Of a stretch of DNA of 64,000 nt, positions 38,732 through 48,300 are shown in pieces. Location: positions 1 to 64,000 of IMG/VR virus record IMGVR_UViG_3300046673_000058. The stretch is one strand, 5' to 3'. The notes under the pieces were generated by a model. That model had not been told where the DNA came from. It made no database searches and saw only the letters and a list, made by a program, of their open reading frames with translations. The DNA comes from a virus. A program made the position numbers and the translations under genes. Every line of letters starts with the position of its first letter. Positions within the stretch are counted from its first letter, which is position 1.

Positions 38732-40039
38732 TCATCGTAAGTCCCTCCAACGCCCGCCGTCTTCGCCTACAATCACCGGTGCAATCACACGACCACCGCG
38801 ACGGCCCTTGAGCGTGTACGAATAACAACTATATCTTAAACTGTCCATCAAATCATCGAAGCCACGCTTCTTATCGGGTAATTCTTGGATGTTTCCGTCT
38901 TTGTCGCGTTGGCGGGTGTAGCCGTGTATTTCTTTAACGAAATTAACAGCCCTAGGGTTTACGACAATCTTGTATTGCCTTACTGTGTTTATTCCGTCTA
39001 AGACGTCTTTCTTAGCAGGGTATACATTCAACTCAGACTGCTTCATCTCTGCGATTCGCGCTGGCTCAGCTGCGTCGCAATATATAGGGATTTGTCGGTG
39101 TAATCGCCGGTCCGGGATGTGCTCTTCTAATTTAGCTTTAATCGCGGTAATAAAATCAGAAGTAAGAACCCCCCGCATGTAGAGCTCATCGACGATATAG
39201 AGTGTGTGTTCTTTTATACCGAGTAGCACGAACGCACACGGGTGCTCGTAGCCAAAATCTGCACCGGCGATAGTAGCGTCAAAGTCCTCGTATTGGTAAC
39301 CAAAGAGTTCTTGGGTCCAGTTCGTGTAGACCTGATTTTCGAGTTTACCCCATTCACCAAGGGTGTAGATAGTGTAAAGATTCGAGTCTATACCTTTCAG
39401 CTCTTCTAGGGACCTGACGTATTCAGCGTCTAAGAACTGATTATCTTTGTAGGTGTAATGTTGTATCTCTACGTCTTCGGGCTGACTTAAAAAGAAGTAG
39501 TTATTCAACCAATGGTTCTGGTCGATTGGATTAAAAGTAAGGAGTAGTTGGCGGTAATTGTTCTTGAGTGGTGCACCGCGCAGTCTGAGTTTAATCATCT
39601 CAAACTCTTCCTTGCGGATTTCTGTGGGTTCTTCAATCCATATATCGGTAACATCGGTCAACGATTTGATGCGGTCCGCTGCTTCTCCTTGGGCCGTGTT
39701 GACGATTGGTATACACTGGATACTTGAGCCGTTTGGGAAGTGGATGCTCATGTCGGTCTTGTTAATCGAACATGGAATACGCTTCTCAGCGATTAAGTCG
39801 CAAAAGAGCTTGAATGATGTAATGCGGAGTGACGGGCCATACTTACGGATGGCTATGACGCGGTTGTTGGGGTATAAAAGACAGCGGACAAGGAGTTTTT
39901 GCGCGACGCTGTAAGTCTTCCCCGCACCGGCACTTCCAAATATAACAAGATACCGCGCTCGTGAGGTGAAAACAGGTTCAAAAGAAGGCTGCGGCCATTC
40001 GGATACGTCTATTTCACGTGCGTATTCCTGAGCAATCAA
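38732..40039 (-). CDS. terL: Terminase large subunit (PBSX/SPP1-like)
   Basis: GSAGAGKT Walker A, IWIEE Walker B, LTFNP, GADFG, YCDAAEP, DDLMDSLRY nuclease motifs. Confidence 0.96.
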   Translation of the reverse strand: MIAQEYAREIDVSEWPQPSFEPVFTSRARYLVIFGSAGAGKTYSVAQKLLVRCLLYPNNRVIAIRKYGPSLRITSFKLFCDLIAEKRIPCSINKTDMSIHFPNGSSIQCIPIVNTAQGEAADRIKSLTDVTDIWIEEPTEIRKEEFEMIKLRLRGAPLKNNYRQLLLTFNPIDQNHWLNNYFFLSQPEDVEIQHYTYKDNQFLDAEYVRSLEELKGIDSNLYTIYTLGEWGKLENQVYTNWTQELFGYQYEDFDATIAGADFGYEHPCAFVLLGIKEHTLYIVDELYMRGVLTSDFITAIKAKLEEHIPDRRLHRQIPIYCDAAEPARIAEMKQSELNVYPAKKDVLDGINTVRQYKIVVNPRAVNFVKEIHGYTRQRDKDGNIQELPDKKRGFDDLMDSLRYSCYSYTLKGRRGGRVIAPVIVGEDGGRWRDLR

Positions 40040-40485
40040 GGCACAACCTCTTTATTAATCGTAATCTTAATCTCCCCCGAGTGCTCAGTCTTCTGTGGCT
40101 TGTCCAAACCGTTAACCTTCAGCACCACATCAGTCGCCGCAACCCAGCGGTCTGTTGTTGAGCGTGGGGATGGGTTGTCATCTTTCATAAACTCAGCAGA
40201 GCGCTTTCTAATCTCTATTGCCTCGTTGGTGACTTCTTCTCGGAACTTTGCGAGTTTGGCCTCGAATCTCTTTTGGTCTTTGGCGAGGAGATGGGCGTCG
40301 TATTGCCTGGCGCGTTCAACCCAGTCGTATTTGCCGCCCCATTTGTTCATAAGAGACACAGACTTACTGCAATGTTCTGCTACCGCATCATACGTGCGTT
40401 CTTGACCTAAATCGCGATAAACACAAAAAGCAGCGTAAGCTTTTGAGGTCTCTTTGTCTTCTAGTCTCTCCCACGGATTCGTCAA
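40036..40485 (-). CDS. terS: Terminase small subunit
   Basis: ETSKAYAAFCVYRDLG..W...YDWVERA HTH; ends KTEHSGEI; directly upstream of TerL. Confidence 0.8.
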   Translation of the reverse strand: MTNPWERLEDKETSKAYAAFCVYRDLGQERTYDAVAEHCSKSVSLMNKWGGKYDWVERARQYDAHLLAKDQKRFEAKLAKFREEVTNEAIEIRKRSAEFMKDDNPSPRSTTDRWVAATDVVLKVNGLDKPQKTEHSGEIKITINKEVVP

Positions 40486-40514
40486 GAAATAGCTCCAGCT
40501 AGGTTAACTCTATG

Positions 40515-40620
40515 CATGTTAAAATGGTCATTGAAGCCTATTTAAGCGTTACTTAATTGCGGCTTGTTAGCCATGTCTAAATTAAACAACTTTAAATACC
40601 GCGTTTTATAGATTAGAGAG
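40515..40620. promoter_or_regulatory. Divergent archaeal-type promoters with a palindromic site between them
   Basis: Minus CTTAAATA (40546-40539) ~22-29 nt before ATG 40517; plus TTTAAATA (40591-40598) ~22-29 nt before GTG 40620; TTAGCCATGTCTAA at 40567-40580. Confidence 0.65.
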
Positions 40621-40964
40621 TGGCAAAGACTATCATGCTTCCTTTTCTATCTGATGTACAGCACCCTACCGAACAGACGCGCATAATGAGGATTGCTCAC
40701 CAACTTTATAAGGTGGAGCGAGAGCTGCAAGGAAACACCCACTGGACCTACATCAGACAGGATAACCCCCTTGACAACATTGAATACCAAGCGAGCATTT
40801 TAGAGTCCATTGGCGCGGATTTGCGCGATATTGAGGGGGATATTGACGCGTTGGATGATGAAGGTGTGCGTTCTGTGCTGACTGTATGGTATAGTGGGGT
40901 CTACCGACTCTATTTTGACATGTTTACTGAACACAACCAACTGATTGATGGTAGTGCCGATTAG
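40620..40964 (+). CDS. Hypothetical helical protein; the only convincing plus-strand gene
   Basis: Fills a gap in minus-strand coding; has its own TATA box; protein-like composition. Confidence 0.7.
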   Translation: MAKTIMLPFLSDVQHPTEQTRIMRIAHQLYKVERELQGNTHWTYIRQDNPLDNIEYQASILESIGADLRDIEGDIDALDDEGVRSVLTVWYSGVYRLYFDMFTEHNQLIDGSAD

Positions 40965-41059
40965 TGAACTAACGCAGCATAGAGTAACTCAGCGACCAAC
41001 ACTCCGGCTACGATTACGATAAATTCTGCTAACCAGTTGTAGACTTCTTCTTGCGTCAT
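40961..41059 (-). CDS. 32-aa single-TM microprotein
   Basis: MTQEEVYNWLAEFIVIVAGVLVAELLYAALVH; GGTGA RBS. Confidence 0.55.
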   Translation of the reverse strand: MTQEEVYNWLAEFIVIVAGVLVAELLYAALVH

Positions 41060-41063
41060 TTTC

Positions 41064-41159
41064 TCACCTTAGCGGGTTTATCCACATATAGATGATAAGC
41101 ACTACTGCCAGTATAATACAGTAGTACATCATCATGTTGTCTAATTCTTCGTGGGTCAT
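41064..41159 (-). CDS. 31-aa single-TM microprotein
   Basis: MTHEELDNMMMYYCIILAVVLIIYMWINPLR. Confidence 0.5.
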   Translation of the reverse strand: MTHEELDNMMMYYCIILAVVLIIYMWINPLR

Positions 41160-41165
41160 CGCTTA

Positions 41166-42059
41166 TTATTGTAGTATGCTAGGCGTTGAAGCAAACTGCA
41201 CTGACGCTGGCGGCGGAGTTACGAAATCCGACTCTGTAATGATTGCCCATGCGTCGCCTGACTCGTACGAAACATTATCAAAGAACGAGTACGGCATCCA
41301 CCACAGCCCGTTCGCACCCCATCCAGTACCCCAACTGTTCTTAGCAAACAACGCGCCTTTTGAACCGTCGTAATTGCCTACATGGTTGTCGTCATAGCCG
41401 ATGAACACATTCGCGTGCCCTCCTGCGATTCCGCCGCTAGGTGTGGGCATGTTGCCGTCACTACCTGTGTTAAAGAAGGAATTTGGCACGTCAAAGCCGA
41501 ACATGACGGGGTAACACGGGGGGAGAACGGCGTTAGGCGCGATGGCTGCCTTTATGTTGGCGAGTGTAATTGATTGGTCATTGGCGTCGAGTCGTGTTGC
41601 TTTGGTGGTTTTGTCCTTTGCTGCGTCGTTGAGGACTTTTGTTGGGACGGGTGTGCCGAGTTGCGCGGTGTATGGGAACTCGGTTTCTGGTGCTACGCCT
41701 TTGTTTTCTAGTACCCATGCCATTGTTGAAAGACTACTGCCGACGTCCTGCGTTGGCGGTGACGATTGCCCGTCGTGGACGAGCGCACATTGGTACAACT
41801 GCATCCTAGAACCGTTGAAGTATGTTCCTATAGCTGTGTAACTTCTTATCTTAGAACAATTGTCACCAGCGTTGGCCGTACACGAACCCATGCTCATCTG
41901 GTCCTCAACAGGAGTCCCATCTTTTATTATATAACTAGCCGGTAGTGTTTCAATCTGTTCGCGGCTTAACAATAGTTTAGCGTCTTTATGCGCAGGGTCG
42001 CGCAGGCATCCCATATAGTATTTTCTTTCGTTCGTTTCATGATATACTTTATTTCCCAT
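41166..42059 (-). CDS. Papain-like C1A cysteine peptidase
   Basis: DQMSMGSCTANA, GGHANVFIGYDD, KNSWGTGWG, WMPYSF. Confidence 0.93.
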   Translation of the reverse strand: MGNKVYHETNERKYYMGCLRDPAHKDAKLLLSREQIETLPASYIIKDGTPVEDQMSMGSCTANAGDNCSKIRSYTAIGTYFNGSRMQLYQCALVHDGQSSPPTQDVGSSLSTMAWVLENKGVAPETEFPYTAQLGTPVPTKVLNDAAKDKTTKATRLDANDQSITLANIKAAIAPNAVLPPCYPVMFGFDVPNSFFNTGSDGNMPTPSGGIAGGHANVFIGYDDNHVGNYDGSKGALFAKNSWGTGWGANGLWWMPYSFFDNVSYESGDAWAIITESDFVTPPPASVQFASTPSILQ

Positions 42060-42328
42060 TTTTACGTATCTCCTTCCTTAAGTTTTCTATTGCGTTTAAC
42101 AAAAACATATAACGACATTCTGCACAATCGCTACTAGTAGCCATATGGGTCCTGTGCTCACACGGCTTTCCAACCACTCCACAAAAGTTTGCTGGCTTTC
42201 CCATCTACCTTACCTCTTTACGTAACTCAAACACGGTCTGTAATCGAAAATCACGGTATCTGGTTCAGAGCAGTACACCAAACCGTCGCGTTCGTCTTCT
42301 TGGAAGTGGACACAGATTTCGCATGGAC

Positions 42329-42796
42329 TCACAATACGCCTTCAACCCCTACCTCAAGCACGTCCGGGTAGGATTCAATCACTTCACGAGTCAACCCATT
42401 TAACCCTTTCACGTAATTCTCCTCAACAACATCAAACGGTATGAAATAAATATGATTCTTCGGTCTTGCGCGGATTTCCATTGCCAAGTATCCTTTTAGC
42501 CCTGTTTTCGCGAGGTATTCACACGTGCGTGTTACTTGGTGGCCGTCTTTTGCCATTGTGAAGTAGCGTGAGAAGTACAGAATGCTGAAGGGGCGCCCAT
42601 TCGCGTCTTTCTCTACCGCGCTTTTACATTCAACACCGATGTAGTAACGTGGTTCCGCAGAGAGGGACAACAAATCGATGTGTTGAGATGTGTACCCCGC
42701 TTGGCGAAGTCGATGTGCATACGCAGGGATGTCGTTCTCTTCGTAGTGGCTGTTGAGTAATTGAACCACTCGACGCTCTGTGTTACTTCCGGGCAT
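42329..42796 (-). CDS. Holliday-junction resolvase-like PD-(D/E)XK nuclease
   Basis: GSNTERRVVQLL, IDLL, GVECKS as in archaeal Hjc. Confidence 0.75.
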   Translation of the reverse strand: MPGSNTERRVVQLLNSHYEENDIPAYAHRLRQAGYTSQHIDLLSLSAEPRYYIGVECKSAVEKDANGRPFSILYFSRYFTMAKDGHQVTRTCEYLAKTGLKGYLAMEIRARPKNHIYFIPFDVVEENYVKGLNGLTREVIESYPDVLEVGVEGVL

Positions 42797-42971
42797 TGTT
42801 AAAATGGTGGTTTAAAATTTACGATAGTATCTTTTAATTCGAGATAATCCTGTTCAACAAGCTCTTCGTGCTCTATTGGCATCAGTTCCGCGATAATATC
42901 AGGAACCTCATTAGCTACACGCGCTACTAAAACTTCAAATTGATATGCTACTATATTACAGACTGACATCT

Positions 42972-43172
42972 TTAGAACTGCCGTATAATCGGTTCTGCGG
43001 CGCGCATTGCTTTTTCTATCTCTTCTTCCCTTGCGCGCATGAGATTGTAGGCTTGCGCCTGTACCTTCGTAAACTCCGCCATGTTATCCCCTAGTTTCTC
43101 AATGACTGGCTGTAGGGCTTCAAGGACGTTGGCGATTCGTAGTATGGCATCCGCTTGAACTAGGTCCATCAT
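42972..43172 (-). CDS. Hypothetical protein
   Basis: Coupled ORF in operon. Confidence 0.45.
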   Translation of the reverse strand: MMDLVQADAILRIANVLEALQPVIEKLGDNMAEFTKVQAQAYNLMRAREEEIEKAMRAAEPIIRQF

Positions 43173-43531
43173 CTCTCCTTTTCAAATTCCCACCAAGGAA
43201 AAACGTGTCCTTTCATCATTTCTTTGCGATGATACTGGCTACAATATGCTTCAAAATTCCTTGGATTATAAATTGAACACCCGTCCGGTTTGAAATTGTG
43301 GATGCCGCACTCTCCTTGCGTCCAAAACCTACACGGGCTCCCTTGTTTGAAAGCCCACGGCTTCCCTTCAGCCATCCGGACGTTCACCACATAAAGTTCT
43401 TTAAAAACGGTTATTGGAATCTCTAAATTATCGGCTATTCTGTGTATTTCTACATCACTTAGCATACATGGTGTCGAGTAGGCAGCGCAACAGAACCCCC
43501 CGCATTCCTGACACTCCGGATGTTCGGTCAT
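43169..43531 (-). CDS. YkgJ-family CxxCxxCC cysteine-cluster protein
   Basis: CQECGGFCC...PCRF...CGIH..KPDGCSIY. Confidence 0.85.
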   Translation of the reverse strand: MTEHPECQECGGFCCAAYSTPCMLSDVEIHRIADNLEIPITVFKELYVVNVRMAEGKPWAFKQGSPCRFWTQGECGIHNFKPDGCSIYNPRNFEAYCSQYHRKEMMKGHVFPWWEFEKER

Positions 43532-43534
43532 CTT

Positions 43535-43798
43535 TCACTCCTGCTCAAACGTGGCGATTATTTCTTGCTCGTCGTGCCTTTCTGGGGATTTCCAATATTC
43601 ATCAATCAACAATTTTATTATTTGCTCCCACGTGCTGATTTCCGCAGTGCGCTCATACTCCACATCGTTCTTAAGTATCCTTCGCGCCAACTTATCAATC
43701 TTTTTGTAGGTTTTCGTGTGGTAGTCTTGTACTTCCTTGAGCTCTTTCTCCGTCTCGGGGCTTATAAAGCTGGTTTCTATCATTTTCTTCTTAACCAT
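43535..43798 (-). CDS. Hypothetical, RHH-like N-terminus
   Basis: TSFISPETEKELK...TWEQIIKLLI. Confidence 0.4.
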   Translation of the reverse strand: MVKKKMIETSFISPETEKELKEVQDYHTKTYKKIDKLARRILKNDVEYERTAEISTWEQIIKLLIDEYWKSPERHDEQEIIATFEQE

Positions 43799-44017
43799 GA
43801 TTCCCTACAACTAGGATGCAGTGTGTAAGGCACCCCGTCACGCATACCCATATACACCGCCTCGCGGCTATTGAGCGGTTTGCCGCACTGCGAGCATACT
43901 TCAGTCATTTGCTGCCTCCTTGCGGCGTTTAACCTCGGCCTCTAGATTCCTGCTGCACGTACAACACCTTGGGTCGTGCATATCCCCTGTGCATTCGTTA
44001 CAATCGAGTTTCGTCAT

Positions 44018-44344
44018 CTATTTGCTACCTCCGCAGCCACAGTATTCACAACAGGCACAGCAGCAGCACGGTGCGGGTGGTGTCGGTGTAGGTGGATTTG
44101 GTGTAGGGCCTGGGGGTGTTGGCGTCACTGTGGGTGTTGGGCTAACCGTCGGGGTTGGTTTCGGTGAGGGGGTTGGTTGTGGTGGGGGCCTCGGCGAAGG
44201 TGTAACTGACGAACTTACCGAAGGCACAACCGATGGTGTAGGCGTAACACTATGTTGATTAATCGCCAGATACGCGCCAACAACACCAAGTGCGAGTAAG
44301 GCAAGGAGAAGCAACACTACGGCGCGTTTCCATTTACAGAGCAC
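44018..44344 (-). CDS. Membrane-anchored Pro/Thr/Ser-rich protein with Cys-cluster tail
   Basis: N-terminal TM; PTPS repeats; CCCCACCEYCGC. Confidence 0.7.
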   Translation of the reverse strand: MLCKWKRAVVLLLLALLALGVVGAYLAINQHSVTPTPSVVPSVSSSVTPSPRPPPQPTPSPKPTPTVSPTPTVTPTPPGPTPNPPTPTPPAPCCCCACCEYCGCGGSK

Positions 44345-45408
44345 TATTCCACCCGCCTAAACCGCTTAAAGCACCAACCCAGACAGCATTCCGTCCACGT
44401 CAATTCCCTCCTGCGGCCTGTTAAGAAGTCAATCCACGCGGCCTTTGCGCGGTCACCTTCTCTCGCGAGGTTTTCCTTGTTCTGCCGCACGAGCGGGGGG
44501 TTGTGCAGCACGTTGCCCATTGTTTTTACGATTGCCTCTATGTCGTTAGGGTCTGTCATACACTGCGGCGATGCCCAAAACACTTCGCTGGATACGACGA
44601 TGGGAATGTCTAAATTCACGGCGTCCCCCGTAACTAGGTTAAAAGTCTCACTGAACGACACCTGCATACTCATGTCGATGTAACTCTCTAGCAGGTGGAT
44701 AAACTGATGATGTTTTAACCACGGGAGTTCAATAAGCTCATGCTTTGTGTTCCTGAATAACGCTCTAATGTTCTTCAGAATCCTATCCCCGCAGGCTTCG
44801 ACGCGTCCTGTGTTGATGTAGAACTTTAACCTTTTACCGTGCGTTTCTGCAAAGCGGATAGCGGCGATTGCTTGCAACAACCCATTCTTTAGCGGACGTA
44901 TCGCACCGAAACAACCAATGTGGATTTCTCCGCGATTTTGAGGCATTGATGTGGTGCGTCGTGTTACTGGATAGTAGTTTGGTAGATACGCAACGGGCTT
45001 ACCTAACACCCTACCTAACTCTTTAGCGGTTTCGTATTTGTTTGCCGCGACGGTAACGCCGTATTTAAGGTACTCGAACATCCACTCGATAGCGATTCCT
45101 TCTGTTTCCATAAAGGGAAAATCACTGTGGTCGCGGACTACCCACTTAACACGGGGGTGTAGTTTCTTGAGGACTTCAAATTTGGATGGCACACACCAGA
45201 ATGCCTCAATGATAACATTCGTGGGCCTGTAGTCGTGGACTTCTTTGTCGATGCTATTCGCGTCAACACAATCAACCATCTTGGCTTCGATGCCCATAGA
45301 GTTGAGCATGTCTACGATAAACCGGACTGAGTTGAATAGTCCGGACGAGAGGTAGCCGTACGAGCCTCTACGTTTCGTTAGGAATAAAACTTTCATTTCT
45401 TTTGACAT
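44344..45408 (-). CDS. GT-B-fold glycosyltransferase
   Basis: YLPNYY, IGCFGAIRPLKN, QVSFSETFNLVTGDA..IPIVVS. Confidence 0.85.
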   Translation of the reverse strand: MSKEMKVLFLTKRRGSYGYLSSGLFNSVRFIVDMLNSMGIEAKMVDCVDANSIDKEVHDYRPTNVIIEAFWCVPSKFEVLKKLHPRVKWVVRDHSDFPFMETEGIAIEWMFEYLKYGVTVAANKYETAKELGRVLGKPVAYLPNYYPVTRRTTSMPQNRGEIHIGCFGAIRPLKNGLLQAIAAIRFAETHGKRLKFYINTGRVEACGDRILKNIRALFRNTKHELIELPWLKHHQFIHLLESYIDMSMQVSFSETFNLVTGDAVNLDIPIVVSSEVFWASPQCMTDPNDIEAIVKTMGNVLHNPPLVRQNKENLAREGDRAKAAWIDFLTGRRRELTWTECCLGWCFKRFRRVE

Positions 45409-45426
45409 TATTTTAACATCTCTTCT

Positions 45427-45717
45427 TTACCCATACCCAACATCCCACGGTTGCGGCTTAACCACCCCGCCTTTCATCTCTTGTAACTTCGCTTGGATAG
45501 CCAGCGCGGTTTCGAGTCGTTCTAAGTATTCAAAGTAATCGTTGTGCATCTTAACCACTTCAGGGTCGGTGTCGGGGACCCCCCTGCGTTGTAGAATGTT
45601 GAGTAACGTAGCAAGTCCGGATACCATGTTTTGACAACAGAGTATCATCAGGGCCGCTATGTCGCTTCCGTTGAGTATGAGTTCAACTTCTTTTAGTTCT
45701 GGAATTTCATCGGTCAT
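45427..45717 (-). CDS. Hypothetical protein
   Basis: GGGTGA RBS. Confidence 0.55.
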   Translation of the reverse strand: MTDEIPELKEVELILNGSDIAALMILCCQNMVSGLATLLNILQRRGVPDTDPEVVKMHNDYFEYLERLETALAIQAKLQEMKGGVVKPQPWDVGYG

Positions 45718-46315
45718 TTGTCACCCCTTAACTCATTTATGATATCTTCAAGCACACCTAACTGAAGTTCTAAGTTAAAGCGTTCGGTATCGCTTAGCTG
45801 GTCTAAATCCCTGTATGTGGCTCGGAATCTTATCTCTCTGGTTTGATTTCTTTCATCATTGTATTTGATGATTTGAAACGTCATTTTTCACCTTCCGATA
45901 AAGTCAAGCACTTGTGAAAAGAAGTATGACTTAAATGAAATCGTATCGCGTTCGTCTGAATACGATGGGGTTTTTTCATACAGTGTATCTGCGGCGGCAA
46001 TCTCTGCGTTAAGAAACTGTATTACCTGCTCGATTGTTTTGGTCATTTTTCACCCCTCACTTTTTGCTCGTTTTCAAGCTTTGTTATGCGCGTTTCAAGA
46101 TTTACTAAGGCATCTACCACCATTTGTAGTGAAGCTATTGTAAATCCTTTTGGCAAATCGTCAGTCATTCTTCTTCCTCCCAACGCTCAGGGTGTAAGTC
46201 AATCTCGACGCTATTTTCTTCTTCATCATCCCCCAGCCAAATGCTAATCCGCTCATCTCCCGTGCGCATATACCGTTCTATCAGTTCGGCTTTTATTTCA
46301 TCTAGCGTTGCGTCT

Positions 46316-46534
46316 TTAAGCTTGGTCATTAGCGTACCCTAGTTTTTGATAAATCAGATTAAACTCTTTATTATACCACAGCTCAATGCAATCAAGATGA
46401 ACCTGTAACGCGCGGGCGTTGTGTCCTTCGACCTCGTCGTCTATGGCGATTAACACGACTTCCTTCTCGTCTTTCGTGCCGCAGATTGGGCACGGTTCGT
46501 CTGTGGTTGTGTTAAATTGTTTAAAGACCTTCAT
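46316..46534 (-). CDS. Small zinc-binding protein
   Basis: CPIC..HLDC; GGGTGA RBS. Confidence 0.6.
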   Translation of the reverse strand: MKVFKQFNTTTDEPCPICGTKDEKEVVLIAIDDEVEGHNARALQVHLDCIELWYNKEFNLIYQKLGYANDQA

Positions 46535-46920
46535 TTTTCACCCATGGCTAATGGTTCCTCACTCTCTTTGTCCGTGTGGTTGCGAGGTACATTCGTGCCT
46601 GCTTCCTGTCCGGTATCCAATCGCAAATCACCGCAGTATCGGTCATGCCCTGGAACCACCTACACGCTTGTCTGCATTTGTGTGTGGTGCGCCCTTTTCC
46701 GTTTAAAGGCTTCCATCTAGGGACTGGGCAGTCAACGTAATGACAGTTACCTATAACCGTCCATTCAAGAAGGTTCATTCGATTTTCTCCGTGAGGTATA
46801 TACAGCGGCCCTTATCTCGTTCAACGTAGCTACTACACTCCGGCGATTTGCCGAAGAGCCAGAGGCAAGTGACTGGTGAGGGGCGGACGTCGTGATAGAG
46901 CCATGTGCAGTAGTATTGTT

Positions 46921-47118
46921 TCATTTCCGTTTGTTGTCCTCCACCCAGCTACGCAATTCAGGATTGCCGTTCTCCCCGCCTTCAAACGGCATCCAGTTAA
47001 TTGTTTGACAATTTGCGAAGGGACATAACACATACGGGTTTCCTTCTTTGTTGAATACTACATGACCCTTCGTGATTAGTGGCTTTTTACACCTGCGGCA
47101 CTTAATTGTTGTACTCAT
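46921..47118 (-). CDS. Small zinc-ribbon protein
   Basis: CRRC...CPFANC. Confidence 0.55.
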   Translation of the reverse strand: MSTTIKCRRCKKPLITKGHVVFNKEGNPYVLCPFANCQTINWMPFEGGENGNPELRSWVEDNKRK

Positions 47119-47121
47119 CTA

Positions 47122-48300
47122 GTGACTACTCCGCTAGCTTTCGCAAGCGGCTTCTATGGTTTTGACACCAACAGACGTTAGCCCGCGTCTGAGTATGTTG
47201 ATTGCGGCATTTTCGTCACGGTCTGCGACGTATCCGCAGTCACACGAATGTTTGCGGTCTTTTAGTTCCTTCTTGACTATCTGACCACATCTCGAACATT
47301 CCTGAGTTGTATTGTTAGGGTTCACCAACACCACAATAGAACCAGCTTCCTCCGCTTTGTTCTGTGTTGCGTTGATGAATTGTGTCCACGCTGCATCACC
47401 TATTGACTTGGCGAGATACCTATTCTGAACCATCCCTTTTACGTTCAGGTCTTCAAAGGCAACGATACCGAATCGGTTAACGATTGCGCGGCTTAGTTGA
47501 TGCACGAAGTCGTTACGTCTACTTCCTATCCGTTCGTGTATTCTCGACACGACCTTACGGGCTTTCGCTCTTTTAGGTGTTCCCTTCTCTTGCGCCGATA
47601 GTTTACGCTGTGCTTTCGCTAATGCTTTCTCGTCGTGTCTAAAGAATCGAGGGTTCTCTACCTTCTCACCGTTTGATAGGGTGGCAAATGATGTTAGTCC
47701 TACGTCGATACCCACAACCGCGCCGTCTTTGAACGGTTGTGTCTTTGGTTCATATTCCGTCGTGAAACACGCAAACCATTTTCCTGATGAACGGCGATTG
47801 ATGTTTAGCCGTTTGACTGTGCCTTCTATTGCTCTGTGAAGTTTGATTTTAACGTCACCTATCTTTGAGAGTTTCAACGTCGTTTCTTTTAACGAGAATC
47901 CCAACTGTGGGTAGGTGAACGAATCGTAACGCCCTTTACCTTTGAAACGTGGGTAGCCAACTTCTTTTTCTCCGGCTTTTACCCTTCTAAAGAACGCTTT
48001 GAATGCTAAATCGACACGCTGTTGGGTTTCCTGCAACACTTGAGAATGAACCGTTTTCAGCTCAAGATGTTGCGCTTTCCACGACGGCAACAAGTTATGC
48101 GTGTCATAGTTAGAAATGGATTTTTGTTCTTGTTCCCACGCGTCTTTACGTATCGCTAACGTTTGATTGTAGACAAACCGACACAGTTCTAGCGTCTGAT
48201 TCATTATCGTTTCCTGTGCTTTTGTCGGATAGAGTCGATAGCGATACACTTTATGCATTGTTTATCTATTGGTGTTTATGGCATAAGTATGTTGTGTGTT
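47122..48300 (-). mobile_element. TnpB-only IS605/IS1341-like element; omegaRNA overlaps tnpB 3' end
   Basis: Right-end hairpin GAAGCCGCTTGCGAAAGCTAGCGGAGTAGTCAC; no tnpA; left end not clearly defined. Confidence 0.7.
47134..48258 (-). CDS. tnpB: TnpB RNA-guided endonuclease (IS200/IS605 family)
   Basis: YRYRLYPT HTH, GYPRFK, GIDVG (D), FEDL (E), CSRCG..CDCG zinc finger, DRDENAAINI (D). Confidence 0.96.
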   Translation of the reverse strand: MHKVYRYRLYPTKAQETIMNQTLELCRFVYNQTLAIRKDAWEQEQKSISNYDTHNLLPSWKAQHLELKTVHSQVLQETQQRVDLAFKAFFRRVKAGEKEVGYPRFKGKGRYDSFTYPQLGFSLKETTLKLSKIGDVKIKLHRAIEGTVKRLNINRRSSGKWFACFTTEYEPKTQPFKDGAVVGIDVGLTSFATLSNGEKVENPRFFRHDEKALAKAQRKLSAQEKGTPKRAKARKVVSRIHERIGSRRNDFVHQLSRAIVNRFGIVAFEDLNVKGMVQNRYLAKSIGDAAWTQFINATQNKAEEAGSIVVLVNPNNTTQECSRCGQIVKKELKDRKHSCDCGYVADRDENAAINILRRGLTSVGVKTIEAACES

